Positions 1-14,214 of a stretch of DNA of 64,000 bases are shown piece after piece. The first letter of the stretch is position 1; each line of letters starts with the position of its first letter. The notes under the pieces are model-generated. The model worked only from the letters and a program-made list of their open reading frames with translations, searched no databases and was not told where the DNA came from. The stretch comes from the human T2T-CHM13v2.0 reference genome, Homo sapiens. The DNA lies in the NCBI RefSeq assembly GCF_009914755.1, contig NC_060944.1; one strand, 5' to 3'. A program made the translations under genes and the position numbers.

Positions 1-1494
1 AAAGTTTTGCCTTTCCTGTTTTAATTTGAAATTTCTTTTGCCTTCTTTGTTTTGGTGTGTGGATGAAGTAGCCTTATTTCTTATATTTCCAATTTGCATC
101 TTGGGGTGGGAGTTGCTATCAGGCCAACATCTTCAAAGTGAAACAAAAAGAACGCAGGGAGCAGTTATGTCTTACATCGTACTCAAACAGGCCTTAGTTT
201 TGCCAAGAACAAAAGCAGCTGTGGATTTGGAACAAGATTATGTTATGGGTGGCTGCACAGTCATGGATCTCTCATATGAGAATTGAGGGTGTGGAGCACA
301 TTTATGATTCAGAAAGGAGAAAGAAGGACTTGTGTGTTCAGGACCTTGGGGTAAGGTTAGAATAACACACTTTTCTATCTCAAGTTAACCAACTGGAAAT
401 TGGACTTCTCTTGAAGCTAGAGAATCCATCAGTCACCTGAATTAAAAAGAGGTGATTCTAAAGCTTTCATCAAGACCTGAAACCTTGATGCCCCAGAAAT
501 TGGTGCATTGGTCGGGTATGGCCTTAGTGGTGCTGTGGAGTGGATGGTGTTCGTTTGTGAGAGCACCCACTCTTAAGTAATAGTGATGGGGGCCCCTGTG
601 TTCAACACCTTGCTCCTGCCTTTTCCCACATTTATTCAGCTCACAGACACATAAATCTCAAAGTCACCCACATCCACACTGGCACTTGTGCCCAGGCGAA
701 CATTGATAATGTAGACTCTGCTTCATGGACTCTACCCACAGGGGGGACCTGGATGGAAGCATTAGGCAGATTATAATAAGCCTCACAAAATTTGGATTCA
801 TTGATTTTGTAACTTTGATGGCACCCAAATTTACCAAGTCTTGTCTGGATCCTTAGGATATCACACCAAGAAAGATTATTCCAAATAGGTCTACAGGTAA
901 TCAGTTATTCTCAAAGCCAGTTGTCTACAACTGAATTTCCCAAATCTGTCCTAGGAGGTTTGGTCAATGCCCAAGTTAATCAGATACCTTCATGTTCATC
1001 GGAGGCTAAGAGTTGCCTGTTAATATAATGCCTGAGTAAACAGGTGGTGTTAACTATCATAGTGATACTTTCCCCCTCCTTCATAAAACTTTAAAAGTCA
1101 GGCCATTTAGTATTACATTTATACAACATGTAAGGACAGACTGGAACAAATGGAATCTTGTCTAGTTCAGAAATATTAAGTTGTTCTCTATACCACCTTT
1201 CCACAAGCAAGTAAATCAATTCAAAGCATTCCATCCAAGAAACTGGAAGTCTCTTGATGTGCGTAGCTGTGATAGCAAGATTATAAATGGGAAAAATGAG
1301 GTATATATTTGAGAACAGTTCCCTTCTAACCCCTAGAATTCCTAAGATTATCACTCAGTGGTCAAGATGGTCATAGAAATATGGTTCTCATGGGGAAACC
1401 AGATGGCGGGAGCAGGGTTCCTGAAGAGACCATCATCACCGTTCCTAAGGAGTGCTCTTACAAACCAACAGCACCCACTCTACTCTCCACCCAG

Positions 1495-1785
1495 TTAATT
1501 CTGTCCATCTTTCAGTTTATTGCAAATCCCTCACCTCCATGCAGTTTCCCCTGATCCCTGCAGTGGGCCAGGCCTCCTGGTTACCTGCTCCCATGGCACC
1601 CTGCACTGCTCCTGGTAATACTTAGCAGAGGTGTGGTAAATCATTACTAGTGTAAGTTTATAAGCAAGGTGGGGATGGGGGTCTTGCCTGTATTATTTTC
1701 ACACAATGTTTCTACATCATAGATTCTCAAAAAAAAATTGTTTAATAAAACTAATGGTGGATAAGTGAGTGAATGTGTGTGTGAA
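1495..1785 (+). mobile_element. LINE-2 3' end fragment
   Basis: L2-like 'tcacctccatgcagtttcccctgatccc...ctcccatggcaccctgcact...ctcaaaaaaaaattgtttaataaa...gagtgaatg'. Confidence 0.55.
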
Positions 1786-2619
1786 CAAAAGTCACTTATA
1801 TGTAAATGTCTGACAAGGAAGAGCTGAGTAAATGTATATTTTCATCTTTCCTCATATATCACAGTGTGGGGGACAACTAACCCCTCTACATGGATATTAG
1901 AAGCCAGGCTTGGTTGGCTGCTATGGAACATGCAAAGCCATGTGGCCCAGTGGAGTCTACAGAGAGGTTCATGCAACAACTTGCCCTTCAGTCAATTAAC
2001 TTTTCTTTCAGAAAAAGTCCCAAATAAATTGGAAACACTTTGGAAATTTGCTCTTGCTTCATATGAATAAAACAGAATGTGCAGTATTTTTCTATAAGAA
2101 ACCCTTACCTGAGGTCAAAGGAATCTTAAATTATTTTTAAAAAATGAATTCTTTCTTGCAACAGGACTACATTTAAATCATGATAAATAAACTGAAAACA
2201 TAAATAACTCCATTTCAAGGGAAGCCCTGTTCTACCCATTCTACCACCAGGCTGATTCTACTTATGCATGGCCCAGATCCTTTCTTCTGCACATAATTAC
2301 ATCTCCACCCTGGCTTATCAAAGATGGAGACTGGCTGGTTGATGATTATGCCTACCTTGAAGATGTTCCTGGACTTTATCTTTTTTTGTGGTTGTTCCAT
2401 TCTGTTCTTAGAATTCTTTGATCTTATTGTATATTATATTATCTCCAGTATTAGGTCATATTGGGCCATAACATTGTCATTATTATTTTGAATTCTACTG
2501 AGATCTTGCAAAATTCATGAGTGCCTTAAATGTTCTATGCCTCTGTAAGCTTTTGATATAGTTCTATTGGTATTGTGATGGCAGTAACTGACTTGGCATT
2601 GATATTGGTATGTCAGGCG

Positions 2620-2860
2620 AGGTAGAAAGGGCACTAAATTGTGGACTAGGCTCCTGCTCTCAATTCCTGCCTCCACCGTTATTGCCATGGAACCCTCAGC
2701 TCTCTGAGCTTCTATCTCTTCATACCTAAAATGAGGACACGGACTAGTCCTGAGGTTTCTAACCCTGGCAGCTCATTGAAATCACCTGTGTATGAATTAC
2801 CCTGCAGGCTCCAGAGCCTACCCCGGGAGACTGGGTTCAGTTGGTCTGGGTGGGAACCAG
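2620..2860 (+). mobile_element. MIR fragment (~2620-2748) followed by MER5-type hAT fragment (~2750-2860)
   Basis: MIR core-like 'tctctgagcttctatctcttcatacctaaaatgagg'; MER5-like 'ttctaaccctggcagctcattgaaatcacctg...gttcagttggtctgggtggga'. Confidence 0.5.
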
Positions 2861-3024
2861 ATGGACTGGATGTGATTTGAGGGTACCTGCAGCTAAGAGC
2901 TCAAGAAATTTAGAAGGATGAGGATCTGGGTCAACTTTGTGGGTGAAGTTCACTTAAACTGGACTTTAAAATGCAGACAAGATTTCAATAAGTAGAAATG
3001 GGTGACGGTCTTTGGGAGAAATTA

Positions 3025-3372
<348 letters not shown>

Positions 3373-3432
<60 letters not shown>
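3373..3432. repeat. (TA)n microsatellite derived from the Alu tail
   Basis: About 30 TA units with one interruption. Confidence 0.97.
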
Positions 3433-4177
3433 GAAGTTTGAGGTGGATTGACAAACAGGTTCCTTGCTTTTCTGGACAGAGTGTTTCTTGGGAGTAAGGG
3501 ACACACTAGAAAGGCTACATTGATCCAGCAACTCATCTTAGTGGATTTAATAATTCGGGAGCATGAGGTGTCTCACCTCACATGGTTCCACCTTGGACTG
3601 ACCTCCCCAGTCTCTTTCCATCTTTCTTTCTTTGCCCAGGTTTCTTCCTCTTTATTTTTACCTTATTATAGTGGGACTGTTTTATAAGCCACCTCAAATA
3701 AACTTTATTTTTGGTAGAGGATCACGAGGGTAAACTAATCATTTTTTTAAATCTGTAGGCTACAAAGAATTTGGGTTTATGAGGTCTGCCTGGGATCCAA
3801 CTGTACTGCATGTGATTGCAGGGCACATTCAGCTGAGAGCTCAAGAAATTTACAAAGAGGATGAGGAATCAGAGTCAACTTTGTGGGTGAAGCTGACTTA
3901 AACTGAGCCTTGAAAAGTCAGCAAAATTGAATAGGTGGATTAATTTTAATTCGCTTGCATGACAATAGCGCTGACCGTGAGCCCCCAGAAGGCAAAGCGA
4001 ACTGAATTTGCCTGAGTCTCCACAATCAGAATAGTGCTGGGCACCTGACCAAACCCCACAAACGATGGAAGTATAAATCTGAGAGCAGGAAATGGACACG
4101 GGTGGAGCATTGTCATCATGCAATTCCCCCTCCAGATGAACTATATCTCTCATCTCCTTAAACCTTGCCATAGCCCT

Positions 4178-4533
4178 TCATACAGTTTGGCTGTGTCCCC
4201 ACCCAAATCTCACCTTGAATTGTAACAATCCCCATGTGTCAAAGGCGGGGCCAGGTCAAGATAATTGAATCACAGGGGAGGTTTCCCCACACTATTCTCA
4301 TGGTAGTGAATAAGTCTCACAAGATCTGATGGTTTTTTAAGTGGGAGTTCCCCTGCACAAACTCTCTTGTCTCTCACCATGTAAGACATCCCTTTGCTCT
4401 TCCTTTGTCTATTCACCATGATTATGAAGCCTCTCCAGCCATGTGAAACTGTGAGTCCATTAAACCTCTTTCCTTTGTAAATTACCCAGTCTCGGGTATG
4501 TCTTTATTAGCAGTATGAGAACAGATGAATACA
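4178..4533 (+). mobile_element. THE1-family (ERVL-MaLR) solo LTR
   Basis: Starts 'tcatacagtttggctgtgtccccacccaaatctcaccttgaattgta' and ends 'tctttattagcagtatgagaacagatgaataca'. The 5-bp TSD GCCCT lies at 4173-4177 and 4534-4538. Confidence 0.95.
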
Positions 4534-4637
4534 GCCCTGCAGCAATTGGTCTGATTAACCTGAATCTCACCATTTACTCTCAGACCTCTTCTCTTCTCAC
4601 TTTACTGTGGTTTGACTCTAGGTGACAAAAACCAATC

Positions 4638-5792
<1,155 letters not shown>

Positions 5793-5795
<3 letters not shown>

Positions 5796-6125
5796 TCATA
5801 TAATTTCAGGTATATATGGAATCTTAAAAAGTCAAACTCAAAATAGAGAGTAGACTGGTGCTTACTAGGGGCTGGGGAAGAGGGTAGACAGGAGAAGGAG
5901 AGATGTTGGTCAAAGAGTACAAATCTCAGTTAGACAGGAGTACAATCCCATCTTCCAGGATTTTAAATGTTCTCACCACAAAGAAAGGATAAAATATTTG
6001 GGATGATAGATATGTTAATTAGCCTGATTTCATCATCCCCAAATGTATACACATATTAAAACATTATATTGTACCCCATAAATATATGCAGTTATTATTT
6101 ATCAACCCAAAATATAAAAGAACAA
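5793..6125 (+). mobile_element. L1MA8/9-like 3' end (sense segment of a 5'-inverted L1)
   Basis: 'tatatggaatcttaaaaagtcaaactcaaaatagagagtagactggtg...gttaattagcctgatttcatcatcccc...ttgtaccccataaatatatg' followed by an A-rich tail. Confidence 0.88.
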
Positions 6126-7364
6126 AACCAAAAAAGCTCATCCGGATTATCTACTAGTTCTAGCATGTAACAGCCTCCTATGTGCCAGCCTAAAGGAACA
6201 GCTGTTGACATTCTGGAAGCTGAGATGGGGTCTCCTGTTCTGCTCGGGTCCTGCGTTGTGCGCAGCCTCTCTGGGCTTGGTGTGGTTGTCCTCTGCTTGC
6301 TTGTGCAGTCTGGCTGGATACTACCACCAGCCCCAGGCTGCTTTGACTTGCCCCCATCCCTGAAGCCATTCCCCTTGCCTGCAGTAATTCTGCTTCCCTG
6401 CTAACTCCTATTTGCACTGAGTGTTTCAGAAGGCAACCTAGAAGGAAAAAAATCACCCCAGCTAAGGTTGAACTGGTTAGGGATGGAACCCACATCAAAT
6501 AAGATGTCACATGTCATGAAACAAAGATGAATAGGTAGGGATCTTCTACTGTCCTGTGTGGCCTCAGGCCCGGCCAGCACTCTCTCTTCAGTGGAGCTAA
6601 AGTGGTTTTTCTTGAGCCTCCTCCTTTTGGTCCTTCCTTGGTGGTAAACCAGGCTCCTAAGCTCACATAAGAGGAGAAGTGAGACACAGAGAACCAGCAA
6701 AGCACAGGCAGTCAGGAATGAGAGCAAGGCACGGAGGGAAGTGACGGCATTGCTGGAGCAGGAAGAAACTGTTCCCACTTGCCCCTCAAAATGCCCGAAT
6801 CTCCCACCTTCCATGAACTCTGGAGAACCTTCCCACTGTGACCTTCCTCCTTGAGCAGATTTGCAGATTTGCAGAATTTTCTAAGACCGTAACTACAACC
6901 CTATAAAGGGTTTTTCTCAGATGCAGAGACAACACATTAAAGTTAACCTTTATCCCAGTTAGACCTGACCTTCTGGGCACCAGATGAGCCCCTGATGCCA
7001 GGTCTGAGGACCTATCCTCCGTGCAGAGCCAGGTGTGGCTGGACTGTCTCACCCGCTCCCCTTTCTAAGACTCCAGGGCATCAGCTGCAGGAAACAGTGG
7101 GGTTAGGCAAAGAAATGATACACTTTACAGCCTTCAGGCTCTCTGTTTAATATCATATAATGTACAAATAAATAAACCCATTTACATTTTAATGACAAAA
7201 ATCATAATGAAATGAATTTACAGCACTACCAGTCCCACCTCCCGAGGTCTCCTTTGCAGCCATCAGAGGGAGCGGAGATGAGCGCTGTGTATTCTCCAAC
7301 TTGGTCTAGACATTGATGCTCCCTTGGGAACACAGAATGCTGGTTACCCCCTGGCACCTTTGCC

Positions 7365-7685
7365 TCATGGCCCTCAACCCTGCCTGTGAATTAGCATCAT
7401 CAGCTTTACAGTGGAAAATGGAGGGCCCCTCCCCCAGAGGCTTTGGTTCAGCTCTTCTAGGATGAGGCCAGGAACTGGTATTTTTTTAAAGCTCCCAAGT
7501 AATTTCAGTGGATACACATCAACACCAATCCTTGCTCTATATTCTAGGAATCAGGGTTGGAAGAGCCTAGGCAGAGAGGGAACCAAGGCCCAGAGGGGTT
7601 AAGTCACTTACTCAGAGGTTCCACAGCATAGCAAGTCCTAAAGCCAAGGCTGGAGCCTAAGATGTTGGGTCCTGACCCAGTGGCC
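7365..7685. mobile_element. MER5-type hAT MITE (~7365-7540) plus antisense MIR (~7560-7685)
   Basis: 'aggccaggaactggtatttttttaaagctcccaagtaatttc' (MER5); 'gaaccaaggcccagaggggttaagtcacttactcagaggttccacagc' (MIR core). Confidence 0.65.
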
Positions 7686-8169
7686 CCACGTGGGCAGCTC
7701 CCTCAGTCCTTCTTTTTTTTCTCTTTTCCTTCTACCAGATCTGGAAATACCTATGGATATAATGTGGACCCTTTGTCCTTGGAGCTTTCTGAGCCACATG
7801 TTGGAGTTTCATCTCCAGAGAATCAAAACCAAGCTTCTGGGCCCAGGGTGGCAGAGTCAGTCACAGGAGTCGTCTTCCCCAGTGCAGAGCAGTTGGGGGT
7901 CCATCCATGCCAAGGCGCCCAAAATGCCTCAGGGAATTGTTGGTGCTTTGCCTTCCCAGACCCAGAGCTTTGATTAAATTTAGAGATCACAAAATCGTTT
8001 AAAAAAAAAACTTCCATTTTCCTTCCATTTCAACCCATCCTGAACAGTGAATCTGCCAGAACTCACTGCTGGACAGCCTCCTGGCTGGTTTTCTATCACC
8101 TCCAGGACAGGGTCTGAGCTCTCGGCTGTGGCCCACCGCTTTCCTCTGTGCCAGCCCTCCATTTTTGCT

Positions 8170-8730
8170 TGTTACCATACACTCCTACATTTCCAAACAC
8201 TGGTGCCCGCCAGCCTGATCTATTGATTGTTTCCCACATTACTATTGCTCCAGAATCCAGTGCCTTTGCTCACACCACTTCCCGGGATTTAGAAGACTTC
8301 ACTCTCCAGGCAGCATTTCTCAGTCCCTTCTCATCCCATGCCTCCAGCTCCACCACACATCCTGCTCTGGAGAAGGCTTCCTGATGCAAATCCCCCTAAC
8401 TCACCTCAGGGCCTTTGCAGTAGCTCTGCTGTTCAGTATTCCTGCTCTTTCTCATAACCTGCTTCTTTTAAAGTTCCAGCCTCAACCCCCCGTTCCAGTG
8501 ACACTGTCACATCACCCCATTTTACTTTCTTCCAGTGCACATCACGATTTGAAATCATCTTGAAGTTGTGTCCACTTGTGTGTTGTTGGTTTTGCCCTAC
8601 ATAAATGTAGACTATGTGGTATCCAGTGCTTTCTCTGCCTTGCTCACCTCTCTATCCCGGCACCTGGCACAGTGCGAGCACAAAGTAGATTCTCCATTAG
8701 TATTAACGCATGAATACATGAGTGCAAGTA
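8170..8730 (+). mobile_element. LINE-2 fragments
   Basis: 'gcctttgctcacaccacttccc', 'tcacctcagggcctttgcagtagct', and 3' end 'gcacctggcacagtgcgagcacaaagtag...gcatgaatacatgagtg'. Confidence 0.6.
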
Positions 8731-9139
8731 TTTGTGGCCAAAGTCAGCCAAATATAATTCCTGTCCTCCGTGTCGTGGCATCCTGGGTGGATAGACCCGC
8801 CCACTACAAGCCTCTGCTCAGTCTGGACTAACATCTGCTTGTTCATCATCTCCTCAGGTGAGTCCTCTCGCTTTACCAATTGGAGGGTCGTATCTTTCAG
8901 AGATAGGACGTAGACATCTGGCTTCACTAGGGCATAGCAGGTGCTCAGGAAATAGGCAAGGCTAATACAAGAACCCTTCCCGTGGCCCAAGAGGCCAAAC
9001 TCTGGTTTGTGAGGTAAAGGACAACCACTGTCTTTGCCCACTGTGAGGATGGACTGTTTTGAAAACAAAAGAGCTGCCATATTTGCAAAAACATTTAGTT
9101 ACAACACTTTTACACTAACCTGCATAAGAAATCATATTC

Positions 9140-9340
9140 TAGGTCACAAATCAGAAAACTAGGACACACAGGCCAGATCAAGCCAGCCACCTCTTTCCTG
9201 ATGGCCTGGAAACTCAAATGGTGCTTTTGAATGGTTACATTTGAAATGGTTATATAAGTACCTAGATAATATTCTGGAATTTTCCCTCTTGACCTACCAG
9301 CCGAAAATATTTACTCTCTGTATTTTGCCAACACCTGATT
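9140..9340. mobile_element. MER58-type hAT-Charlie MITE
   Basis: 'ggccagatcaagccagccacct...gaatggttacatttgaaatggttatataagtacc...gccgaaaatatttactctctg...tttgccaacacctg'. Confidence 0.65.
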
Positions 9341-10612
9341 GATTTAGAGTATTGAATTATCTTCCAAAAATCTTACAAAACAGCAAAAGCTGTTTAATGC
9401 TGTTGTTCAGAAGATCAAATGTGCACTGGATGAAGTGAGCATGTGCAGAACTTATTTTCAACTCTAGAGAGATTGCTACGTTCTAGGAAAAGGTCTGCTC
9501 AAGGAACAGATCATCTACTCCACGATGCAAACAGGTTGGTCACGGTGAGAACGCAGGTGCGCCAGTCAGAACGCGGCCAGTGGGGAATGTCGGACTGTGC
9601 GAGGAATCGGCTGCAGAAGAGCATATTCAATCCTACACGAATGTGTGGCTGAAAATGCCAATTTCACCTAGGTTCAGCCCATTTTTTTTCACCCGTCAGT
9701 GTTAACTCTGATTCCGTGAGGTCTGGCTTTTAAGAATGGCAATCCTTTCCATCACAGCACAGTGCATGTTTCTCCTGATGGCTCAGGAGACACCCTCAGA
9801 CACAGACGGGACCTTTTTCCTTAAGATGAGGGTGCGCTGCAGAGCGGTTATACCTATGCGTGTCCACGTGGGGGCTCCATAGAACAACATCTGTGTTAGA
9901 GCCCACTTCAAAACCAACCCACAGCCTCTCAATTGCCAGCTTACACCAAATATAATAAATGTCTGCCCAAATCTGTAATTTCTGTAAATACAATAATAAA
10001 AGTGATCTGATATTTTGTTATTGAGATAAAAGAGATTTTCAGGTGAGATTCTTCTAGCCAGAAAAGCCAGTCTAGGAGTTAGATTTAAATGTTATTTCCA
10101 TTCAGGTTGGGGAATTCAGAGGACCGGCTTGAAGTCAGTCCCCTGCCTGCTCTGGAGAATCAGCTGGGGGCCAGGGGACCACCACCTTGCTTCCTCTGGA
10201 AGAAGCACACTGTTAGAGTGCATCGGTCACCAGGCATTTCATGCCACACTAGGGCTGTCAGGAGTCCAATATCTAAACCAAGTGATGCCTGATCTGAAAT
10301 AAGAGAACACTCTGAGTGGTCCTAATTTCACCAGAAGTACCATGTCAATGGTTATAAGTAAACTATTCATGTCGTCGGTGGCCTGGAAAACATTTAGAAA
10401 CCTTCATGACCTTAATTCTTCTTAGCTCTTTACCATTTTTATAGACTTTCACTTGCAAATCTCATCTTATCTCATAAAATATACATGCGATGATATTTAA
10501 ATTAAAGGAATTTATCACAATTAAATGACTAATTTCATATCTGGCCCAATACTTACTGTTCCTTTGCTATCTTTCAGAGGCTTGAGTTAGTTTACTTTAA
10601 AAGACTGTGTGG

Positions 10613-10900
10613 GGCCAGGCGCAGTGGCTCACACATGTAATCCCAGTACTTTGGGAGGCCAAGGCAGGCGAATTACTTGAGGTTGGGAGTTCGAGACCAG
10701 CCTGGCCAACATAGTGAAACCCTGTCTCTACTAAAAATACAAAAATTAGCTGGGCGTGGTGGTGGGCACCTGTAATCCCAGGTACTCTGGAGGCTGAGGC
10801 AGGAGAATCCCTTGAACCCGGGAGATGGAGGTTGCAGTGAGCCCAACCTGGGCAATACAGCGAGACTCAGTCTCAAAAAAAAAAAAAAAAAAAAAAAAAA
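10613..10900 (+). mobile_element. AluS element with a ~20-bp internal deletion in the right arm
   Basis: Dimeric Alu in which 'gttgcagtgagcc|caacctgggc' lacks the usual 'gagatcgcgccactgcactc'. A degenerate TSD 'aaaagac(tg/ca)tgtg' flanks it. Confidence 0.96.
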
Positions 10901-11544
10901 GACCATGTGCTCTCCTTCCAACAGCACAGTCTTTTTGAAATATCTGAAGCATGACCATGTGATGTAAGCAGACATCACTGAGCTGTTTCCAGACATCAAT
11001 TTTTTGGTATTGAGCCTCAACAAACCTTTCTCTCATCCACCTGGTGCTGAGAAGTTATCCAAGAGCTAAGACAGAGCTCTCATTGGGGTCCTTGTGCACT
11101 TTTCAGAAATGAAAACAGATCTCAGAAAAGTCCATTCCAACCATATTCTGCTATCAATGGTATGTCTGTCCTGTCATGGTCTTATATTTCTCCCTCCAGT
11201 CTGAACAAATGTTACCAGTTTCAGAGTTTTTAGAATTCTTACCAGATAATAATTTCTCCAGCCCTCTGGGTTTAGAAAACAATACTTGAGGTAAGCTGTT
11301 TCTGATCTCCTGCTAATCTCAGATAATTGCTTTTGGGTTTCATGGGGAATCTGAAATTCTCTATGCCAGATTCACTGAATGGGTCTATGGGAAAGGGGCT
11401 TTTGGGAGACTTTTCACCTCTACTAACAAATCTGTCCTTAGCAGAGGTTCTATTGCAAAAGTGTCCTTTCTACCAACTGCCAGCTTGTTGTAAGAATCAA
11501 ATACTACTAATAGGAACTCTAGATATTCTTAATCAAGTCCCCAG

Positions 11545-11720
11545 CTTCCTCCCTCCCTCCCTGCCTCTCTCTGTCCCTCCCTTCCTCCCTCCTTTCATTT
11601 TTTCTTTCCTTCCTTCTTTTTTTCTGTTTCCCTGACTTTGCTTCCTCTTTCTCTCTCTTTCTCCTTTGTCGTTCCTCCCTGTATTTTTTTCTTCCTTTAT
11701 TTATTTATTTCTTAATTTTT
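11545..11720. repeat. CT-rich low-complexity polypyrimidine tract
   Basis: (CCCT/CCTT/TTTC)-like degenerate repeats. Confidence 0.85.
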
Positions 11721-12624
11721 ACTTCTTAAATTGTTTAATAACCTTCTGGGAAACCCCCAGAACCTGGCTGTCAAGTACAGCTCTCTTGTTGGGTGGGTTT
11801 GAGTGGGAAAAGATATTTCTGACCTTGACCTTGCAGTTCCTAGGAGAGAATATCAGGATTATGTTGGTCCCGCTGAGACTGCGGAACCTCAGGTAAAGTC
11901 TCCAGATGCTCTGCCAGTTTCCATTGAATTCTCTGACTTTCAACTTGGTAGTTAGTTCTTAGAGCTTACATTAAACTTAGACGTCACAACCTCAAGCCAA
12001 GAGTTCTGGGGGCCAGGCCTTTCTGACAAGTTGTGAATAAGCTGTACTTTCTGGAATAAGGACAGAGGCACCAGAACTCTAATGCACAAAGCTCATTGTA
12101 GAAAAGGCTACACATCCTAGGCCCACACGACCTTGTTTGGAAGTGCAAACCCAGCTACTCCACAGGCTGTAGCATTCTCTTGGACATGGATGGGTACACA
12201 TTCTGGAATGGTTCCTCAAACCTCCATTTTACAAAACTAAAGCTACCATCAAGGGTTCTATTGGCCAAGTCGTGTAAATTGTTCCTGGAGGCTTTGCTTT
12301 CTGGGGAAATTCAGATCCATCACTGCCCCTATCTTTGGGCTTCAGAATGTTTCCACCTATTTGAATCTATTCCCATCTGTGTGCTCACTGCCTGGACAGT
12401 GTGGAGGTTTGGGGGACTGTGTGTCTCCAGGTTGGCTATAAGTTAACCTAGAATTTAATTTGGGTCTTTGGATGTCTCTTTAGAGTAAAACTTCGTGGAT
12501 AACTATGAAAGTCAAAGATCCTTGAAATGCCTGCTCTTCCTTTGCAGCCTGGTTGGTTAGATAGACTCCAAAGGAGAAAATTAATTTTGAGGAATAACAA
12601 CCATAACTTAGAATGTGACTTTGC

Positions 12625-12765
12625 TCTTCTAATCCTTATAGAAAATATGTAAGATGTGGACTATTACTGATCCCCACTTGACAGAGAAGAAACTAAACCT
12701 TGGAGAGGTTTGGCAAATTTCCCAAGGTCATGAACCTGGTAAGTCACAGCAACAGGATCCACCAT
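12625..12765 (-). mobile_element. MIR
   Basis: 'ccccacttgacagagaagaaactaaaccttggagaggtttggcaaatttcccaaggtcatgaacctggtaagt'. Confidence 0.75.
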
Positions 12766-12799
12766 GAGGGTCATCTCGTGGCCTGTCCTATAAAGGCCA

Positions 12800-13275
12800 T
12801 TCATTTGCAGGAAAGGTCTAGGAAGGCAAGGAAACCAATGTTTGCCAGGGCTTACTGTGAGTTAGATATGTCTACTCTTGAACATGCAGAAACACCAGAA
12901 AAGACTATTGATCCAGCAAAGCGAAATTTGTTTCACCTGCTGCATTTGCGGAGGGCAGTTGGGGGAGCCTCTGAGCATAGGGTCTCAGAACGGGGAAGTC
13001 AGGAAAGGATGTTTACTGGGTTTTAGTGAGAAGGCGGTAGTAATTTTTAAGGTCGATTTTGGAAGGTGGGAAGCCACTGGGTTTGGGCAGAGTTTCTGAC
13101 CAACTATAGATTGGTAGCACAGCAAGATGAAGGAAGTGAAATGAACTAGTGTTAGTCTTGATAAGGAAACAATGTAATTGGTGCAGAGTCTTAATTTCAG
13201 GAGAAATTCCTGGATGTGATTTTTGCTTGTTCTCAGCATTGCAGGTAAGTCATTTTTGCTTGTTCTCCATATTGT
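12800..13275 (-). mobile_element. Probable old ERV LTR (family not assigned)
   Basis: General antisense LTR-like composition and an internal direct repeat 'atttttgcttgttctc' x2. Recognition is weak. Confidence 0.35.
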
Positions 13276-13624
13276 TTACCAAGGCCATCTGCTTTCAGTT
13301 CTCAGGCACTAGGGGCAGACCAGTAGCTAGAAACAGACAAGATTCCTGCTCTCAAGGAGCCATGTCCCTGTTAGGTAGCCACTGTTCTTATTAGACAGTG
13401 TAGAAAAGAACGGGAGATGAATAATGATATTCCAATTTCCACACATAAGTGAAAGCTGGGTCTGGGATTTGAAGTTGAGACTTAAATTTTGGTTCTTTGA
13501 ACTCCTAGCCTCTGCAATGGTAACACTCAGTCAAGAACATTCTCCACTCCATTCTTCTCTGCTCTCCCAGTAAAATACCCAGAGCAGGGTCATCACAGAG
13601 GGAAGACCAGGACTCTTGGGATCT

Positions 13625-14214
13625 CACAGAGATACTTGACCCCATGCTCATAGCAGCATTATTCACAATAGCCAAGGTATAGTAGAAAGAGCCTAAATCC
13701 CATCTGTGATGAATGGATAAAAAGAATGTGGTATACACTTACAGTGGAGTATTATTCAACCTCCAAAAAGGAAGATAATTCTGTAATCTGTGACAACATG
13801 GATGGAGCTGGAGGACATTATGTTAAGTGAAATCAGCCAGGCACAGAAAGACAAATATCACGTGATCTCACTTATACATGGAATCCAAAATAGTGAAACT
13901 GTAAAAGTCAAGGGTGTAATGGTGTTTGCCAGGGGCTGCAGGGGGAAGCAGAGGTGTTGATCAAAGGTGGAAAGTTTCAGCCAGGCGAGAGGAGTAGGTT
14001 CTGGAGACTGTGGTGCAGGATAGTGCCAACAGCTAATGATGCAGTATTGCATTCCTAAGATTCTCTAAGAGGGTAGAGCTTATATGACGCGTTCTTATAA
14101 TAATAATAATAGGGGTGAGAAGAAACTTCGAGAGGTCTAGACATTTAATTATGTATAGCTTTATACATATTAATTGTACCTCAATAAAGTGATTTTTGAA
14201 AAAGAAAAGAAAAT
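13625..14214 (+). mobile_element. L1MA/MB 3' end
   Basis: 'catagcagcattattcacaatagccaagg...gacaacatggatggagctggaggacattatgttaagtgaaatcagccaggcacagaaagacaaata...tacctcaataaagt' followed by an A tail. Confidence 0.92.

Noticed and set aside
6180-6800. Possible LTR or coding exon with several overlapping ORFs
   Set aside because: No recognisable protein similarity or confident repeat family. It may be an old LTR, but I cannot support a call.
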